DNA from: Candidatus Sumerlaeaceae bacterium
GTDB lineage: Bacteria > Sumerlaeota > Sumerlaeia > Sumerlaeales > Sumerlaeaceae
Direction: 5' to 3'
Assembly: GCA_051003195.1 (NCBI GenBank)
Contig: JBPCLP010000009.1
Coordinates: 96,001 to 160,000 of the forward strand
Length of the DNA stretch: 64,000 bases
Part shown: in pieces, positions 56,300 through 64,000 of the stretch
Layout: each line of letters starts with the position of its first letter
Numbering within the stretch: the stretch's first letter is position 1
Notes under the pieces: generated by a model
Told to the model about the DNA's origin: nothing
What the model saw: only the letters and a program-made list of their open reading frames with translations
The model's database searches: none
Position numbers and translations under genes: made by a program

Positions 56300-58562
56300 G
56301 CGACACCCGCACAGCATTTAACTCACTCCCAGTGGCGATCAAAAGCAGATCGCCCGCTGTGCCGGTTCCTCCCAGCCATGCAATTTCTGGCCGAAGCCCC
56401 TGTGCCGCGATGGTTGCCACAACGTTGCCGGTTTTCACATCCAGCACGTGAATCGCGCCGCCGCGCATCGCTACCGCAATGCGGTTTTCGTCTGGCGACA
56501 ACTCCGCCGCGTCCACCGCAGCACGTGAGTTCGTCGAGAGGGGAGTGGACCACTTCGATTTCCCCTCCATATCGACCGCTCCCATCCCCTCGCCACCCTT
56601 CGTTGTACCGGCTGCCATGATCAACGTGGGCGATGTGCGCGTCACCCGTGCAATGGTAGCGAACACCTTTGGATCCCATTTCCCGTAGACTGCGCCCGTG
56701 CTGCTGAAATCGTGTACCTTACCATCCGTACTTGTCGCGAGCACGTGAAGATTCCCGTCGCTGCTCATCCGGGCCGAATCTACATGCGTCGCCTTTCCAA
56801 ACTTTTCCGCGTTCCAAAGCTTCGAGCCATCGTTCTTCAGCACCTGGAGAGCCGGAGCCGAATTCGCTGCAATCAGCACCTCTTCGCGTCCGTCGCCATC
56901 CACGTCTGCCGCCGCGACTTCGCTGATGCCTTCCGCGACGGCCGCGCTCCACTTTTCATTACCCGTCGCATCGAATGCGGACAGCGAGCGCCCCCATGAC
57001 TGGTACCCCAGCAATGCGGGTTTGCCTTCGCTCTGTAACACCCGTAATGTAGAAACGGCAGCCGGAAGCTTAAACTCGCCTTTGCGCTTTCCATCCTGAG
57101 AAAGCTGGACACCCTCGCCTTTGAGATTGGCTGCAAAAATAACCGAGGCAGTCGTATCCGCGGCTACTGCTGTCCACGGGCCATCAAGTTTCCAGGCCAG
57201 TACCACACCCATCGATGTTAACGCGTCGGGCGCGGTCTTCGTCTTCTTCACGTCCGGCGTCGCCTTCTCGTCTCCTTTCTCTTCGTTAGGTTTTTCAGGC
57301 GCTTGCGCACCCGACGTTAATGCGGCCACAGTCTCGCTCGTGGCCAGTATTTTGCCCGCCAAGAGGTCTTCGATCTCTTTCTTTAACTGCGGCTTCATGT
57401 CGGGCCCAAACCCTACATGTACCACCTGCACCGTGCCGTCCCTGCCAATCAGCACAGTCTGTGGAATTCCTTCCACTTTGTACTTTTCCATCACATCGCC
57501 TTCTTTATCCATGGCGACCGGGATGGTCAGTTTCGCTTCCCGCAGAAATTCGCGAACGTCGCTCTCCTCCTCCTTCACATCCACTGCGAAGAACTCGACC
57601 CCGCTGCTCTTCAGCTCCATCGCAGTGGACGAAACAATGGGCAGCGCCATGCGGCACGGACCGCACCAGGTCGCCCAGAAGTCGAGTACGACTACTTTGC
57701 CCTTCAGCGCCGCCAGTTCAACTTCGCCGCCCTCCAGCAGCGGCAGCTTGAACTCCGGGGCCGGCTTCGCCAGTAACTTATGTGCGGGTTCGCTTCTCGG
57801 CCCGGTTGGCTTTTCGACCTTCGCGCCAACGGGCGGCACGAAGGCGAATGCATCCGCCGGCAACTCGGCTCCCAGCTTCCATCCGACAAATGTGATCTCC
57901 CCCGTGAATCGCCGATCATCCTTCGTTGCGACGCCCGCAACCATGATCGAGGTCAAATCCGCCGTTACCCGCAGTGGCAGGGGCACCTCGCCGGTCGATA
58001 ACCACAAATCCCATTTCAGGTCGTCCTGGCTGAACTGCAGATGTTCCGCCGCTTCGCCCGGGACGATCTCTCGGCCCACATACTTCAATGCGGTAACGTC
58101 CTTCATCAGGGCCTCATAGGACGACTTCCCGAGCAACTCCCCGATAAAGGACATGGGGTCCCGCAGCAGGCCGGTCACGCCGCCCGGTGATGCATCGAAC
58201 ACCGGCTGAAGTTCCGGCGGCGCGGGCTCGGATTTGAACGTGTTGCGGGCCATATTGTAGCGGGTCAGCGTTGTCCCATCGGTGATGACCGTGCCACCCA
58301 GGTACTGACTATCGCTACGCACAGCCAGTTTATTTGGGCGCTCCAGCGCAATATTGCAGGTGGTGCTCATATCCTGCAGCATCCCCCTGGTTTGCATGCG
58401 CGCGAGCGCGTACGCCTGCACCTGCAACCGCGGCGGCGCGGCAAGTGCCCGCGACATCCCCTGCAGAAGCTGGTCGGCTTTCGAGTCAATCTGTGCCGAA
58501 TTGTCGGCCGCAAAGCAGCCCATGGAGCTGAATAGCATCACGACTAGGAATGGCCGAATCAT
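56292..58562 (-). CDS. Exported LolA-like (DUF2092-type) + TlpA thioredoxin + beta-propeller fusion protein
   Basis: Signal peptide; ERPNKL...DGTTLT...WDLW...F.FVPP; LDFWATWCGPC; PQQ/FG-GAP-like repeats (ADVDGDGREEV). Confidence 0.8.
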   Translation of the reverse strand: MIRPFLVVMLFSSMGCFAADNSAQIDSKADQLLQGMSRALAAPPRLQVQAYALARMQTRGMLQDMSTTCNIALERPNKLAVRSDSQYLGGTVITDGTTLTRYNMARNTFKSEPAPPELQPVFDASPGGVTGLLRDPMSFIGELLGKSSYEALMKDVTALKYVGREIVPGEAAEHLQFSQDDLKWDLWLSTGEVPLPLRVTADLTSIMVAGVATKDDRRFTGEITFVGWKLGAELPADAFAFVPPVGAKVEKPTGPRSEPAHKLLAKPAPEFKLPLLEGGEVELAALKGKVVVLDFWATWCGPCRMALPIVSSTAMELKSSGVEFFAVDVKEEESDVREFLREAKLTIPVAMDKEGDVMEKYKVEGIPQTVLIGRDGTVQVVHVGFGPDMKPQLKKEIEDLLAGKILATSETVAALTSGAQAPEKPNEEKGDEKATPDVKKTKTAPDALTSMGVVLAWKLDGPWTAVAADTTASVIFAANLKGEGVQLSQDGKRKGEFKLPAAVSTLRVLQSEGKPALLGYQSWGRSLSAFDATGNEKWSAAVAEGISEVAAADVDGDGREEVLIAANSAPALQVLKNDGSKLWNAEKFGKATHVDSARMSSDGNLHVLATSTDGKVHDFSSTGAVYGKWDPKVFATIARVTRTSPTLIMAAGTTKGGEGMGAVDMEGKSKWSTPLSTNSRAAVDAAELSPDENRIAVAMRGGAIHVLDVKTGNVVATIAAQGLRPEIAWLGGTGTAGDLLLIATGSELNAVRVSPK

Positions 58563-58638
58563 TGATTTGCTTTCATGAACTTTTCCCGACGTTCTCGCTT
58601 GCAGATCTGAAGCAGACAATCGGAAACGGCGGAGTTAA

Positions 58639-59067
58639 ATGATGCCCAGTATATTTACACAGATTATAAACGGTGAACTGCCGGGACGCTTCGTCTGGAA
58701 AGATGACGAGGTCGTCGCCTTCCTAACGACAGCCCCGATGAATCCGGGGCACACTCTGGTCGTTCCGCGCCAGGAAATCGACTACTGGATCGACATGCCG
58801 GCCGCACTTGCGGCACAGGTAATGGAGGTGGCTCAAACCGTTAGCCGCGCAATACAGCAGGCCTTTGATCCAGAAAAGGTCGGGCTGATAGTTGCCGGTC
58901 TTGAAGTCAGGCATGTACACCTGCACCTGGTTCCGATCAACGCGATCAGCGATCTTAATTTCGATCGCCAGGACAAGACGGTCACGCCGGAGATTCTCGA
59001 CAAGAACGCCGACTCGATACGCAGTGTATTGCGCGACCTCGGCTTTGCTGCACAAGCGACCGGTTAG
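58639..59067 (+). CDS. HIT family protein
   Basis: SIFTQIINGELP, PGHTLVVP, HVHLHL triad. Confidence 0.95.
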   Translation: MMPSIFTQIINGELPGRFVWKDDEVVAFLTTAPMNPGHTLVVPRQEIDYWIDMPAALAAQVMEVAQTVSRAIQQAFDPEKVGLIVAGLEVRHVHLHLVPINAISDLNFDRQDKTVTPEILDKNADSIRSVLRDLGFAAQATG

Positions 59068-59187
59068 TCGCATGGGCTTGCCCTCAGGCACGCTGTACGC
59101 TCACATTATGGTAAAAGATGTGCTACGGTCGGTTGGGCTCTTGCAGTTAAACGTAGCGCACCCACGCGGTTTCGATCTGCGAGCCGG

Positions 59188-59883
59188 CTAGTGCTCGGGT
59201 TCAATAACCGCGAAGTTCCCGTCCTTGCGTCGATAAACGACGTTCATTATCCCGGTATCTTCGTTAATAAAGCAGAAGAAGTTCTCGTCCTTAAAGAAAA
59301 GTTCCTCCGCCGCTTCGTTTACGTCCATCCTGTCGACGACATGCCGTTCGCTCGGGAACACTCGGACGTTGAGCTTCTCCAGCATGGCTGGCGGAGTCCG
59401 CGCGTCTCCATTGCCCCGCCTGCGCGATTCACCGCCGAGGTCCCGCTTATCTCTAGCCCCGGCGCGAGTCGGCAGCGCGCCAACGGATGGCCTTTTCAGT
59501 GCAGCGACACGCCCCACAGGGCGTGCGTCCATCCCGGCTTCCGGCCCGGAAAGATCCGCTTTTTTTGCGTTCCGGTTCGCCAGCGTCATGTCCTTCTTTT
59601 TGCCTTTTAGTTTTTCCCACTTTTTCTTAAGCTGCACCTCCACCTTATCCACAAGCAGGTCGAAAGCTCGCATTGCATCATGGTCGCGGTGCTTTGCGTT
59701 TACCTCCACAGGGCCGCTCTTCAGTCTTAACTCCGCAACGATCTGGTTCCCGTCGCGCTCCAGCACAATATCCAGCATCTGGATGCGGTCCGTGTACTTC
59801 TGCAGCCGCGGTATTTTCCCTTCGATGTAGGCACGCATATCGTTCGTGATCTTCAACTGGTGTCCGGTTATGCGAGTGGCCAT
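59188..59883 (-). CDS. hpf: Ribosome hibernation promoting factor (long form)
   Basis: ITGHQLKIT..MRAYIEGKI N-domain; MDVNEA...F.NEDT...NVVYRRKDGNF C-domain. Confidence 0.88.
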   Translation of the reverse strand: MATRITGHQLKITNDMRAYIEGKIPRLQKYTDRIQMLDIVLERDGNQIVAELRLKSGPVEVNAKHRDHDAMRAFDLLVDKVEVQLKKKWEKLKGKKKDMTLANRNAKKADLSGPEAGMDARPVGRVAALKRPSVGALPTRAGARDKRDLGGESRRRGNGDARTPPAMLEKLNVRVFPSERHVVDRMDVNEAAEELFFKDENFFCFINEDTGIMNVVYRRKDGNFAVIEPEH

Positions 59884-60093
59884 GCGGTCTCTCCCAGTCT
59901 GCCGCGGACTGCGACAGCTCATGTAGAATTGTTACATCGCTGTATTTCGAAACAAAGTCGATGCCAGCGTGCAAAGCTCTGCCAAATTCTGGCTGCTTAA
60001 CTGCATCAACGCCGCCCGAAAACTCCCTGCCACCTTTATTTACACGCAAACCCTGTTGATTCTGCATTTTGCCGGCAGGCGAAGTCGGCACCT

Positions 60094-61056
60094 ATGCGAT
60101 TTCAATGCCTTCAACAGGTGATCTCTTCAAGCTGCCGAATACTGGTACTGGCTGCGCTATGTGCCTTATGCGTCCCGCTACGGGGGCAGTCGGTCACGAC
60201 CTCGAGCAAAGCCACAGGTGCGTCGAGTGCACAGCGTCAACAGGGCTCTACCCTGACAGTCGCGCTTGTTGGCGAGCGCCCACTGGTAGCGGCGAACAGG
60301 AAGAAGCATGTCGACCTGCTTGCCATCACCACGCATACGCTTGGCCTCGATGTTCACGATTTCACAACCAACGCGCAGGTTCTCGAAGAAATCGCGCGCG
60401 AAAGCGCACCAGTCATAAGCCTGAAGCCAACGATTGTCATCGTGTTTGCCGGCGCTGCGGACGAAAAGCTGGGTACGGACGACGATCGACAACAGGATTG
60501 GTTAAAGAGCATCGTGAACTCTTTCACCAGCGTTGCCACGCGCGTCTACATTGTTCCGTCCAGTCCTTCCATCGGCACGCTTACCGCCGCCAACCTGCGA
60601 CTCGCGGCTTCCAGTACTGGCGCGACCTTTATTGAAACCGGTAGCCAGATCTCGGGCAAGCCTTATGAGGAGGCATTCCAGGCAATCCGAGGTGCAGAGC
60701 AGAATCCGGCTCCCACTGCAACACCCGCGACTTTGACTGAACGTCTGCCGCAGCCGCGCTTAGCCCTGCCTCCCCTCGACGAAACGACACAATCGCAGAG
60801 CAGCGAGCCCAAAGGCATCTTTGTTGCCCCGACGCCTGCCAGCCCTGACGAACTGGTTCATAAACCCGCAACTGGAGCAGAACAAAAGGCTGCAGATGCC
60901 GAGACGACCGGACGGCGCACGGTAACAAAACGCGGCGCGGAAGCCGAGCCTGCCATCATCCCCATGAAGCCGCTACCTGCATTGAAAAGCTTCTCACCCA
61001 AACGGCCCGTTCCGCGCAAGAACACCGACAAGAAGGCCCCGGAAATGGCGCGGTAG
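60094..61056 (+). CDS. Secreted divergent SGNH-like protein with low-complexity tail
   Basis: Signal peptide; VALVGE and LKPTIVIVFAGAAD resemble degenerate SGNH blocks. Confidence 0.55.
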   Translation: MRFQCLQQVISSSCRILVLAALCALCVPLRGQSVTTSSKATGASSAQRQQGSTLTVALVGERPLVAANRKKHVDLLAITTHTLGLDVHDFTTNAQVLEEIARESAPVISLKPTIVIVFAGAADEKLGTDDDRQQDWLKSIVNSFTSVATRVYIVPSSPSIGTLTAANLRLAASSTGATFIETGSQISGKPYEEAFQAIRGAEQNPAPTATPATLTERLPQPRLALPPLDETTQSQSSEPKGIFVAPTPASPDELVHKPATGAEQKAADAETTGRRTVTKRGAEAEPAIIPMKPLPALKSFSPKRPVPRKNTDKKAPEMAR

Positions 61057-61153
61057 CGCGAGCACGTGGGCAGCTATAGCGCGGCAGCACAGCCTTTCTC
61101 AGTCATCCTCAGTATTGCGAATACGATCTCGCAGGACTTTGTGACGTTGAACA

Positions 61154-62335
61154 ATGCCTCTTTCGACTGAACAGTACTCTCGTTACGCTCGCCACCTGAC
61201 ACTGCCTGAGGTCGGCCTGGAAGGCCAGGAGAAGCTGTTGACCTCGCGCGTTCTCGCAGTCGGAGCGGGCGGGCTCGGCAGTCCCGCCCTGCTTTATCTT
61301 GCGGCAGCGGGAGTCGGAACCATCGGCATTGTCGATTTCGACGTGGTCGACGTGAGCAACCTTCAGCGTCAGGTTGTGCACTCGACAGGGGACGTCGGCC
61401 GTCCCAAGCTCGACAGCGCGGCGGACCGCCTGCGCGGCCTGAACCCCGATGTGAAGATCGTACCCCATCATGAACGTCTAACCAGCGCAAACGCGATGCA
61501 GATCATTCCGAACTACGACGTGCTGCTGGACGGCTGCGACAATTTCGCGACACGCTACCTGACCAACGACGCATGTGTGCTTCTGAAAAAGCCCAACATC
61601 TTCGGAAGCGTGTACGGCTTTGAGGGACAATCGAGTGTGTTCTGGCCTGCCGGTCCGCAGGGTGGGCCATGCTACCGGTGTCTCTTTCCGGAGCCACCGC
61701 CGCCGGGCAGTGTCCCCAGCTGCGCCGAGGGCGGAGTGCTTGGCGTTCTGCCGGGCTTGATTGGGCTCATACAGGCCACCGAAACGATCAAGATTCTGCT
61801 TGGCCATGGTGAGACACTGGCAGGGCGGCTTCTTCTTTACGATGCGATGGCGATGTCGTTTCGGACCGTTCGCGTGCGGCGAAACCTGCAGTGCCCTGTG
61901 TGTGGCGATAATCCAGGCATTACCCAGTTAATCGACTACGAACACTTCTGCGGCGCTGCCGCTGCGGCGAAGGCAGGTGCCCAACCAACGGGAGGACCAG
62001 CATTGGAAGAGATTACGCTTGAGGACCTGAAGCGCCGCATCGACGCCGGCGAAAAGCTGAACATCATCGACGTACGAAACCCTGACGAAAACGCTGGCGG
62101 CTCCCTTCCCGGAGCCCGGCTTATTCCGTTGCCCGAATTGCCTCGGCGCCTTGGTGAGCTCGACTCACTGCGCGACCAGGAAATTATTCTTCACTGCCAG
62201 AAAGGCGGACGCAGCGCCAAGGCCTGTGAGATTTTACAATCCGCCGGTTTCAAAAGGCCCGTGAATCTTAAAGGCGGTTACTCAGCATGGCAGAAAGCAT
62301 CAGCGGCGTGGCAGAAATCTGCGGCCACAGATTAG
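61154..62335 (+). CDS. moeB: Sulfur-carrier adenylyltransferase with C-terminal rhodanese (MoeB/MoeZ/ThiF)
   Basis: RYARH, GAGGLGSP, SNLQRQ, PCYRCLFP, SCAEGGVLG, CPVCG, IDVR...HCQKGGRS. Confidence 0.93.
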   Translation: MPLSTEQYSRYARHLTLPEVGLEGQEKLLTSRVLAVGAGGLGSPALLYLAAAGVGTIGIVDFDVVDVSNLQRQVVHSTGDVGRPKLDSAADRLRGLNPDVKIVPHHERLTSANAMQIIPNYDVLLDGCDNFATRYLTNDACVLLKKPNIFGSVYGFEGQSSVFWPAGPQGGPCYRCLFPEPPPPGSVPSCAEGGVLGVLPGLIGLIQATETIKILLGHGETLAGRLLLYDAMAMSFRTVRVRRNLQCPVCGDNPGITQLIDYEHFCGAAAAAKAGAQPTGGPALEEITLEDLKRRIDAGEKLNIIDVRNPDENAGGSLPGARLIPLPELPRRLGELDSLRDQEIILHCQKGGRSAKACEILQSAGFKRPVNLKGGYSAWQKASAAWQKSAATD

Positions 62336-62377
62336 CTGAATGATTTCCAATCTCCGTGGCGCTGTGATTAACCAGGC

Positions 62378-63082
62378 ATGAATTCCATCGCTGAAAGCCT
62401 TCATGCTGTCCGGCACCGCATCGCGGCCGCGGCCGACCGCGCTGCACGGCACCCGAATGAAATAACGCTTGTCGCGGTGACAAAGACCCATCCCGTAGAT
62501 GTGATGCTTCAAGCGGTCGTAGCCGGCGTGACCGACGTGGGCGAGAACCGCGTGCAGGAAGCGCTCGACAAAAAACGCGGCATGGAAGCGGCCGGCGCAG
62601 GCCTGCGTTGGCATTTGATCGGACACCTGCAAACCAACAAAGCGAAGTCAGCAATCGAGCACTTTGACCTCATCCACTCCGTCGATTCACTCGCACTCGC
62701 ACAGGCGTTAAACAAGCACGCCTCCGTCGCGGATAAGGTCCAATCGATCCTGCTGCAATTCAACGTCTCCGGCGAGGACACAAAATTCGGTGCCAATCCC
62801 CGCAACGCCCATGAGCTCACTACACAAGTTCTCCAGACGTGTCCCAGTCTACGCATCGACGGTTTCATGACCATGGCCCCGTTCAGCGACAACCCCGAAG
62901 ACGCGCGCCCGCACTTCCGCGCATTGCGTGAGGTTGCACAAACGCTGCGCACCGAATTCCAGAATGCGCCTAACTTCCCAGCAACGCATCTCTCCATGGG
63001 AATGACCGGCGACTTCGAAGTCGCCATCGAAGAGGGCGCAACCATCGTCCGCATCGGCAGCGCCATTTTTGGAGGCAGGTAG
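62378..63082 (+). CDS. yggS: PLP homeostasis protein YggS/PROSC
   Basis: LVAVTK, GENRVQE, WHLIGHLQTNK, LSMGMTGD, GATIVRIGSAIFG. Confidence 0.96.
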   Translation: MNSIAESLHAVRHRIAAAADRAARHPNEITLVAVTKTHPVDVMLQAVVAGVTDVGENRVQEALDKKRGMEAAGAGLRWHLIGHLQTNKAKSAIEHFDLIHSVDSLALAQALNKHASVADKVQSILLQFNVSGEDTKFGANPRNAHELTTQVLQTCPSLRIDGFMTMAPFSDNPEDARPHFRALREVAQTLRTEFQNAPNFPATHLSMGMTGDFEVAIEEGATIVRIGSAIFGGR

Positions 63083-63231
63083 TGGAAGTGGATAACTGAA
63101 ACCACTGCCGACCACTCTCGGGCTACTCTTCGCCTATATTGTCTGACGAAATGCGAGTGAAGCTAGTGAAAGCGCTACTCACTGCCTTTAGCCAGGATCT
63201 GTCCTTCGGCTAGTTTTTGGAAAAGAAAAAA

Positions 63232-63440
63232 TAGCTCCCCGCAGAAGTAAATCCCGGTGGGGCCGCGGAAGTAGTACCGGTCACCATGTAGCCAGCCGGC
63301 ACACCGTTGGCAGCCGTATCAGCCGATCGCGCCGTGACCCCAAAGGGAACCGAATCTGCGTCCCTTCCAGGGAATTCCGGATGATGACAATCGCGTTTTT
63401 CGAGTCGGAGCGCCGAAAAGAGACCCGGCTCCGGGATCCG
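63232..63440. ncRNA. Candidate structured non-coding RNA (identity unknown; size compatible with 6S RNA)
   Basis: Long intergenic region with nested pairings ATCCC/GGGAT and GGGGCCG/CGGCTCC spanning 63251-63437, an alternative rod 63240-63360, and a T-tract on the minus strand near 63220-63231. Confidence 0.3.
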
Positions 63441-63463
63441 TGTTTTTGAGGTGTGTGCGGACG

Positions 63464-64000
63464 CTAGAAAGTGCCCGCCGATTTGACCTTCACTTTCCGC
63501 AGCGTGAAGCTTTCATTACAGGACGTTTTAGCCTTATCGGTGACCGTTACGAAACCCTCGCCGGATAATTGGAGAAAGCTCGTTGAAGTTCCAGAGTCGA
63601 ACAGCAGTTGCACCACGGCGGAGTCGAGAGACGTCGTGCCAACCGGTCCGTTTGTGTAAAACAGGGAAGCTCCGGCGCTCTCGAAGAAGTTTGGTGTCAC
63701 TGCGCGAACACTCACTTTGGGGTTGCCGTTCTTCCAGGTAACAAGCGCGTCGAGTACCATCGTTCTAGTTCCGCCCAGGGTGACAATGATCGTCCGGAAT
63801 CGAGCTTGTGTGTCGCCTGCCTCGTAGTTGGGGTCGTCGCCCAGTGCTTTGCGGACTTCAAACGCACCGGCATTAATGGTAACACTTGTGTTCTCGTTGA
63901 AACTATCCGTTGGTATCGTGCCCGGATGTATGATGCGGAGTTGAAGCGTTCCTGCGGCGGATTTCGTACAGGTAGTTCCACCTGGGGTGGTGGTGGTCAC
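63464..64000 (-). CDS. Hypothetical beta-rich protein, C-terminal part (starts beyond window)
   Basis: Open frame from the window end to the stop at 63464; poly-Thr linker followed by a beta-rich domain. Confidence 0.65.
   Translation of the reverse strand: MTTTTPGGTTCTKSAAGTLQLRIIHPGTIPTDSFNENTSVTINAGAFEVRKALGDDPNYEAGDTQARFRTIIVTLGGTRTMVLDALVTWKNGNPKVSVRAVTPNFFESAGASLFYTNGPVGTTSLDSAVVQLLFDSGTSTSFLQLSGEGFVTVTDKAKTSCNESFTLRKVKVKSAGTF

Noticed and set aside
63350..63385. c-di-GMP-I riboswitch-like GGGACGCA on the minus strand
   Set aside because: The GGCAAAC partner is absent and no downstream gene lies in that orientation
63259..63432. tmRNA/tRNA-Ala-like acceptor stem GGGGCCG...CGGCTCC with a G3-U pair
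   Set aside because: No T-arm GGTTCGA, no ACCA end, and too short for one-piece tmRNA

Overview
A GC-rich bacterial chromosomal window with about 55 genes. The pilin-like protein style and short C-terminal tails suggest a diderm lineage such as Ca. Sumerlaeota/BRC1 (inference, not verified). No rRNA, tRNA, CRISPR array or transposase/integrase gene was seen. The centre (about 20.4-39.8 kb) is an alpha-glucan utilisation locus: a LacI regulator, an ABC solute-binding protein with two permeases, three GH13 enzymes, a CBM20-esterase, two putative glycan-binding proteins and two type IV pilin-like proteins. Five copies of a TTAAACCGGTTTAA-type operator tie it together, and it has no SusC/SusD or TonB-dependent receptor. 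Six unrelated secreted proteins end in one of two short shared C-terminal motifs ([D/E]W-x-[L/M]-[Y/F], or PV-[S/T]-[L/I]-S-x-[F/Y]-x-x-E), suggesting an undescribed protein-sorting system. Other notable items: a TA-bounded ~100 bp palindromic element found once between genes and once inserted in frame inside ygfZ; a winged-helix plus TIR two-gene cassette flanked by a 50 bp duplication of the feoA 3' end; a stand-alone paralog of a protease propeptide; a Hel308/Ski2-like helicase fused to an OmpR-type winged helix; and miniature E2/E3-like genes coupled to bshA. The rest is housekeeping (feoB, murG, murJ, lgt, hpf, moeB, yggS and others). All product calls come from motif recognition by eye; no database search was run.
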